From NCBI GenBank assembly GCA_965153285.1, contig OZ229110.1: DNA of 64,000 nt, one strand, 5' to 3'. This document shows positions 52,016 to 64,000 of this stretch, one piece after another (the first letter of the stretch is position 1; every line of letters begins with the position of its first letter). The stretch is from Podarcis tiliguerta. Its lineage: Eukaryota. The notes under the pieces were generated by a model. It searched no databases. It was not told the origin of the DNA and saw only the letters and a program-made list of their open reading frames with translations. The translations under genes and the position numbers were made by a program.

Positions 52016-52418
52016 TACTCTTGGTTACCAAGGGCACCGCGGCCTCCAGTTCCGCTTCCAACCACGAAGCCCCGCCCTCCACGCCGCCCGTCACCGAGGA
52101 GGCACCTCCTGCTCGGCTCGTCTGAGCGCGTAGCCCGGCGGGCGCCGCGTCAAAAGGCATAGAGCCAGAATGCTAGACAGGAGAGCTTTGGCAAAAACTC
52201 TATGGTCCAAAGCCCTGACTTCCGAGATAAGTGCAACTGCGGAGGAACCGCCGACTGTACGTCGCAGAGAAACGGATCCAACAGAAGTGGCAATCCGCCA
52301 CATGCTCTAATTCCCCATTGTGGCGCTGCTCTATCCCTTGGATTTTTAATGATACAATCCATTTATCCTTTGCCTTTGTTGTTGTACGTTAGGCTCACAC
52401 AGGCGGTCCAAATTCCTT

Positions 52419-52446
52419 ATTTGTTTGTTTGTTTGTTTGTTTGTTT
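52419..52446. repeat. (TTTG)n microsatellite between the two promoters
   Basis: ttgtttgttt gtttgtttgt ttgtttg; short (AG)n at ~52462-52476. Confidence 0.9.
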
Positions 52447-53029
52447 GGTATCCTGGGGCAGAAGAGAGAGAGAGAGCTGTGCGGAGACCTCCACGAGCTG
52501 AGCTTAACCGTGGCTGCACAGTGTGCACATCAGCCGCTGCGATATCAGCAGTAACAGGAGTTGCTTCAGTTTCACAACCAGATCTTATTTCGTGTGCAAA
52601 ATTTCGATTCCCCTTTCCCCGCTTTTAAGTATTTTTTTAAAAGGCACTGGACACAAGCCAAGATCCATTAAAACAAAAGTACAACTTAAAACCATTAAAG
52701 CAACAGTATAAAAGCAAAAGATTCAGAGGATTCAAATAAAACAGCGTCCAATATTATGGGTCAGCAGGGAGAGCTTGAGTAAAAAGAGATGTATTTGCTT
52801 TTTTAAGTTTTGAAATATTTAAATACGCAGCACCCTTGCATGCGATTTCTTTTTTTGGCGGCGGGGAGTTGGGGGTTGGAAAGCCAAACGAACCTCAGCT
52901 CCACCTCTAACTATGGTAAATGTACAATTCTGACTGCAACCTGAGAAATCCTTGCATTCTGCCTCGTCTTCCCAATACAAATAGCCGTTGTGACCATTCT
53001 ACCCTTTTCTATCTCTATGCAGAGAAGTA

Positions 53030-53780
53030 ATTCCGCTGCGGGCGGGAGGCGCTAATAAGGTTTGGCAGTCGTGTCGCGCGAGCCTTTCCTTCCCGCCCTC
53101 CCGTCTATCAGGGCAACCAAAGACTTATGGGAGCAGCTGGGTAGAAATGCTTCCGGCTACTTTCCCCGAAAATGCTTCCGGAAGAGGCGGGATGGCGGCT
53201 GCGCATTTTGAGGCGGGGTACACGCTGTGACCAGAGGCGGATACGAGCAGTCGGCCGAGACCCCAGCCCGGAGCGCAGAAAGCGCGGCCTGTGGAAGAGA
53301 CAGGTAAGCAAGCGGCAGGAGGGCCGGCCGATCCGGGGCGGCCTACGAGCGGGAAGAGGGCTGCTCTGTGACCGACGCCCGGCCGCGGCGAGGGGGTGGG
53401 TGGGTGGGTGTCCTCCGTCCGCCATGCGGGAAACTCGCGGGGCGCGCCCGGCAGGCCGAGACGGAGCCTCCCCATCCCGTTCCTCGGCTGCCGCGCGAGG
53501 GGACCGCGGGGCCTCTTCCGACGCGAGGCATCGGCTTCCCGGCCGCGCTTCTCTTGGGACACAGGCCTCCCTCGGTGAGGTGCGGGTTATGTCACAAAAG
53601 GACACCCGTCCCCTCCTCACACGGCCGCGACGCCTCTCCTTAAGTTGCGCTTTGTCACACAGCCCCCACGTTTGGTGTTTCGGGGGGAGAACTAGTCAAT
53701 AACCGTCCGGGGGGAAACTGGACGGAGAAAAACGAGAGGGTTTCATAGCGATGTAGTTGTTGCGGCGACCATAATGTCGG
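53030..53780. promoter_or_regulatory. CpG island / promoter of EIF2S1
   Basis: GC box at ~53040, AAATGCTTCCGG twice (53145-53156, 53170-53181; ETS cores), YY1-like GATGGCGGC 53191-53199. Confidence 0.8.
53190..53303 (+). other. EIF2S1: EIF2S1 non-coding exon 1 (5' end approximate)
   Basis: In CpG island, ends at consensus donor CAG|GTAAGC (53303/53304); next acceptor TTTTGCAG|G at 53989/53990, 1 nt before ATG. Confidence 0.7.
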
Positions 53781-53981
53781 CCCAGAACACAGAGAGTGAC
53801 AAGGAGGTTTCTAAGCAGCGTTCTGCAAACATGCGTGTCTGGTATGTTTTCCTTTTTTCTGCCAGTTGCAGGAAAATGGGAAATTTTTCCGATACCAGAA
53901 CAGTCTAAATAGATGTTACTGTTCGCCGTATCATGATTCGGTTTGGGCTGTTACAAATGAATAAATTGTCTCTCGATATAA

Positions 53982-63991
<10,010 letters not shown>

Positions 63992-64000
63992 ATTGCATGG

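Larger units (their letters stand above)
51650..52330. promoter_or_regulatory. CpG island / promoter of ATP6V1D
   Basis: GC- and CpG-rich block over exon 1; GC box (CCCCGCCC ~52069-52077) and ETS-like CTTCC sites. Confidence 0.8.

Noticed and set aside
51561-53702. Several long overlapping ORFs (145-190 aa) on both strands
   Set aside because: They coincide with CpG islands where stops are rare; Arg/Pro/Gly/Ala-rich with no recognisable domain; the true ATP6V1D exon 1 is in another frame.

Overview
Vertebrate genomic DNA, most likely a lacertid lizard (a full-length Sauria SINE and squamate-type L1, L2, CR1, RTE, Penelope and MITE repeats are present). It holds the conserved PALS1(MPP5)-ATP6V1D-EIF2S1 cluster. 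PALS1 is on + (13 coding exons, 9997-36539, 675 aa; promoter and first exon probably upstream of the window). ATP6V1D is on - (9 exons, 51922-42634, 247 aa). EIF2S1 is on + (non-coding exon 1 plus 7 coding exons, 53991-63991, 315 aa), head-to-head with ATP6V1D. All three spliced CDSs close in frame with GT-AG introns. The introns carry many transposon remnants, several with readable TSDs and nesting. Most notable non-coding observations: a Penelope-like inverted insertion carrying a minimal hammerhead-ribozyme core on the ATP6V1D sense strand, a perfect CLEAR box at the ATP6V1D promoter, an RFX X-box and stacked uORFs upstream of the PALS1 start, an orphan perfect 19-bp hairpin, and a tail-only retroinsertion. 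I found no convincing wholly new multi-gene system. Repeat boundaries without TSDs are approximate, and family names are from motif recognition rather than database searches.
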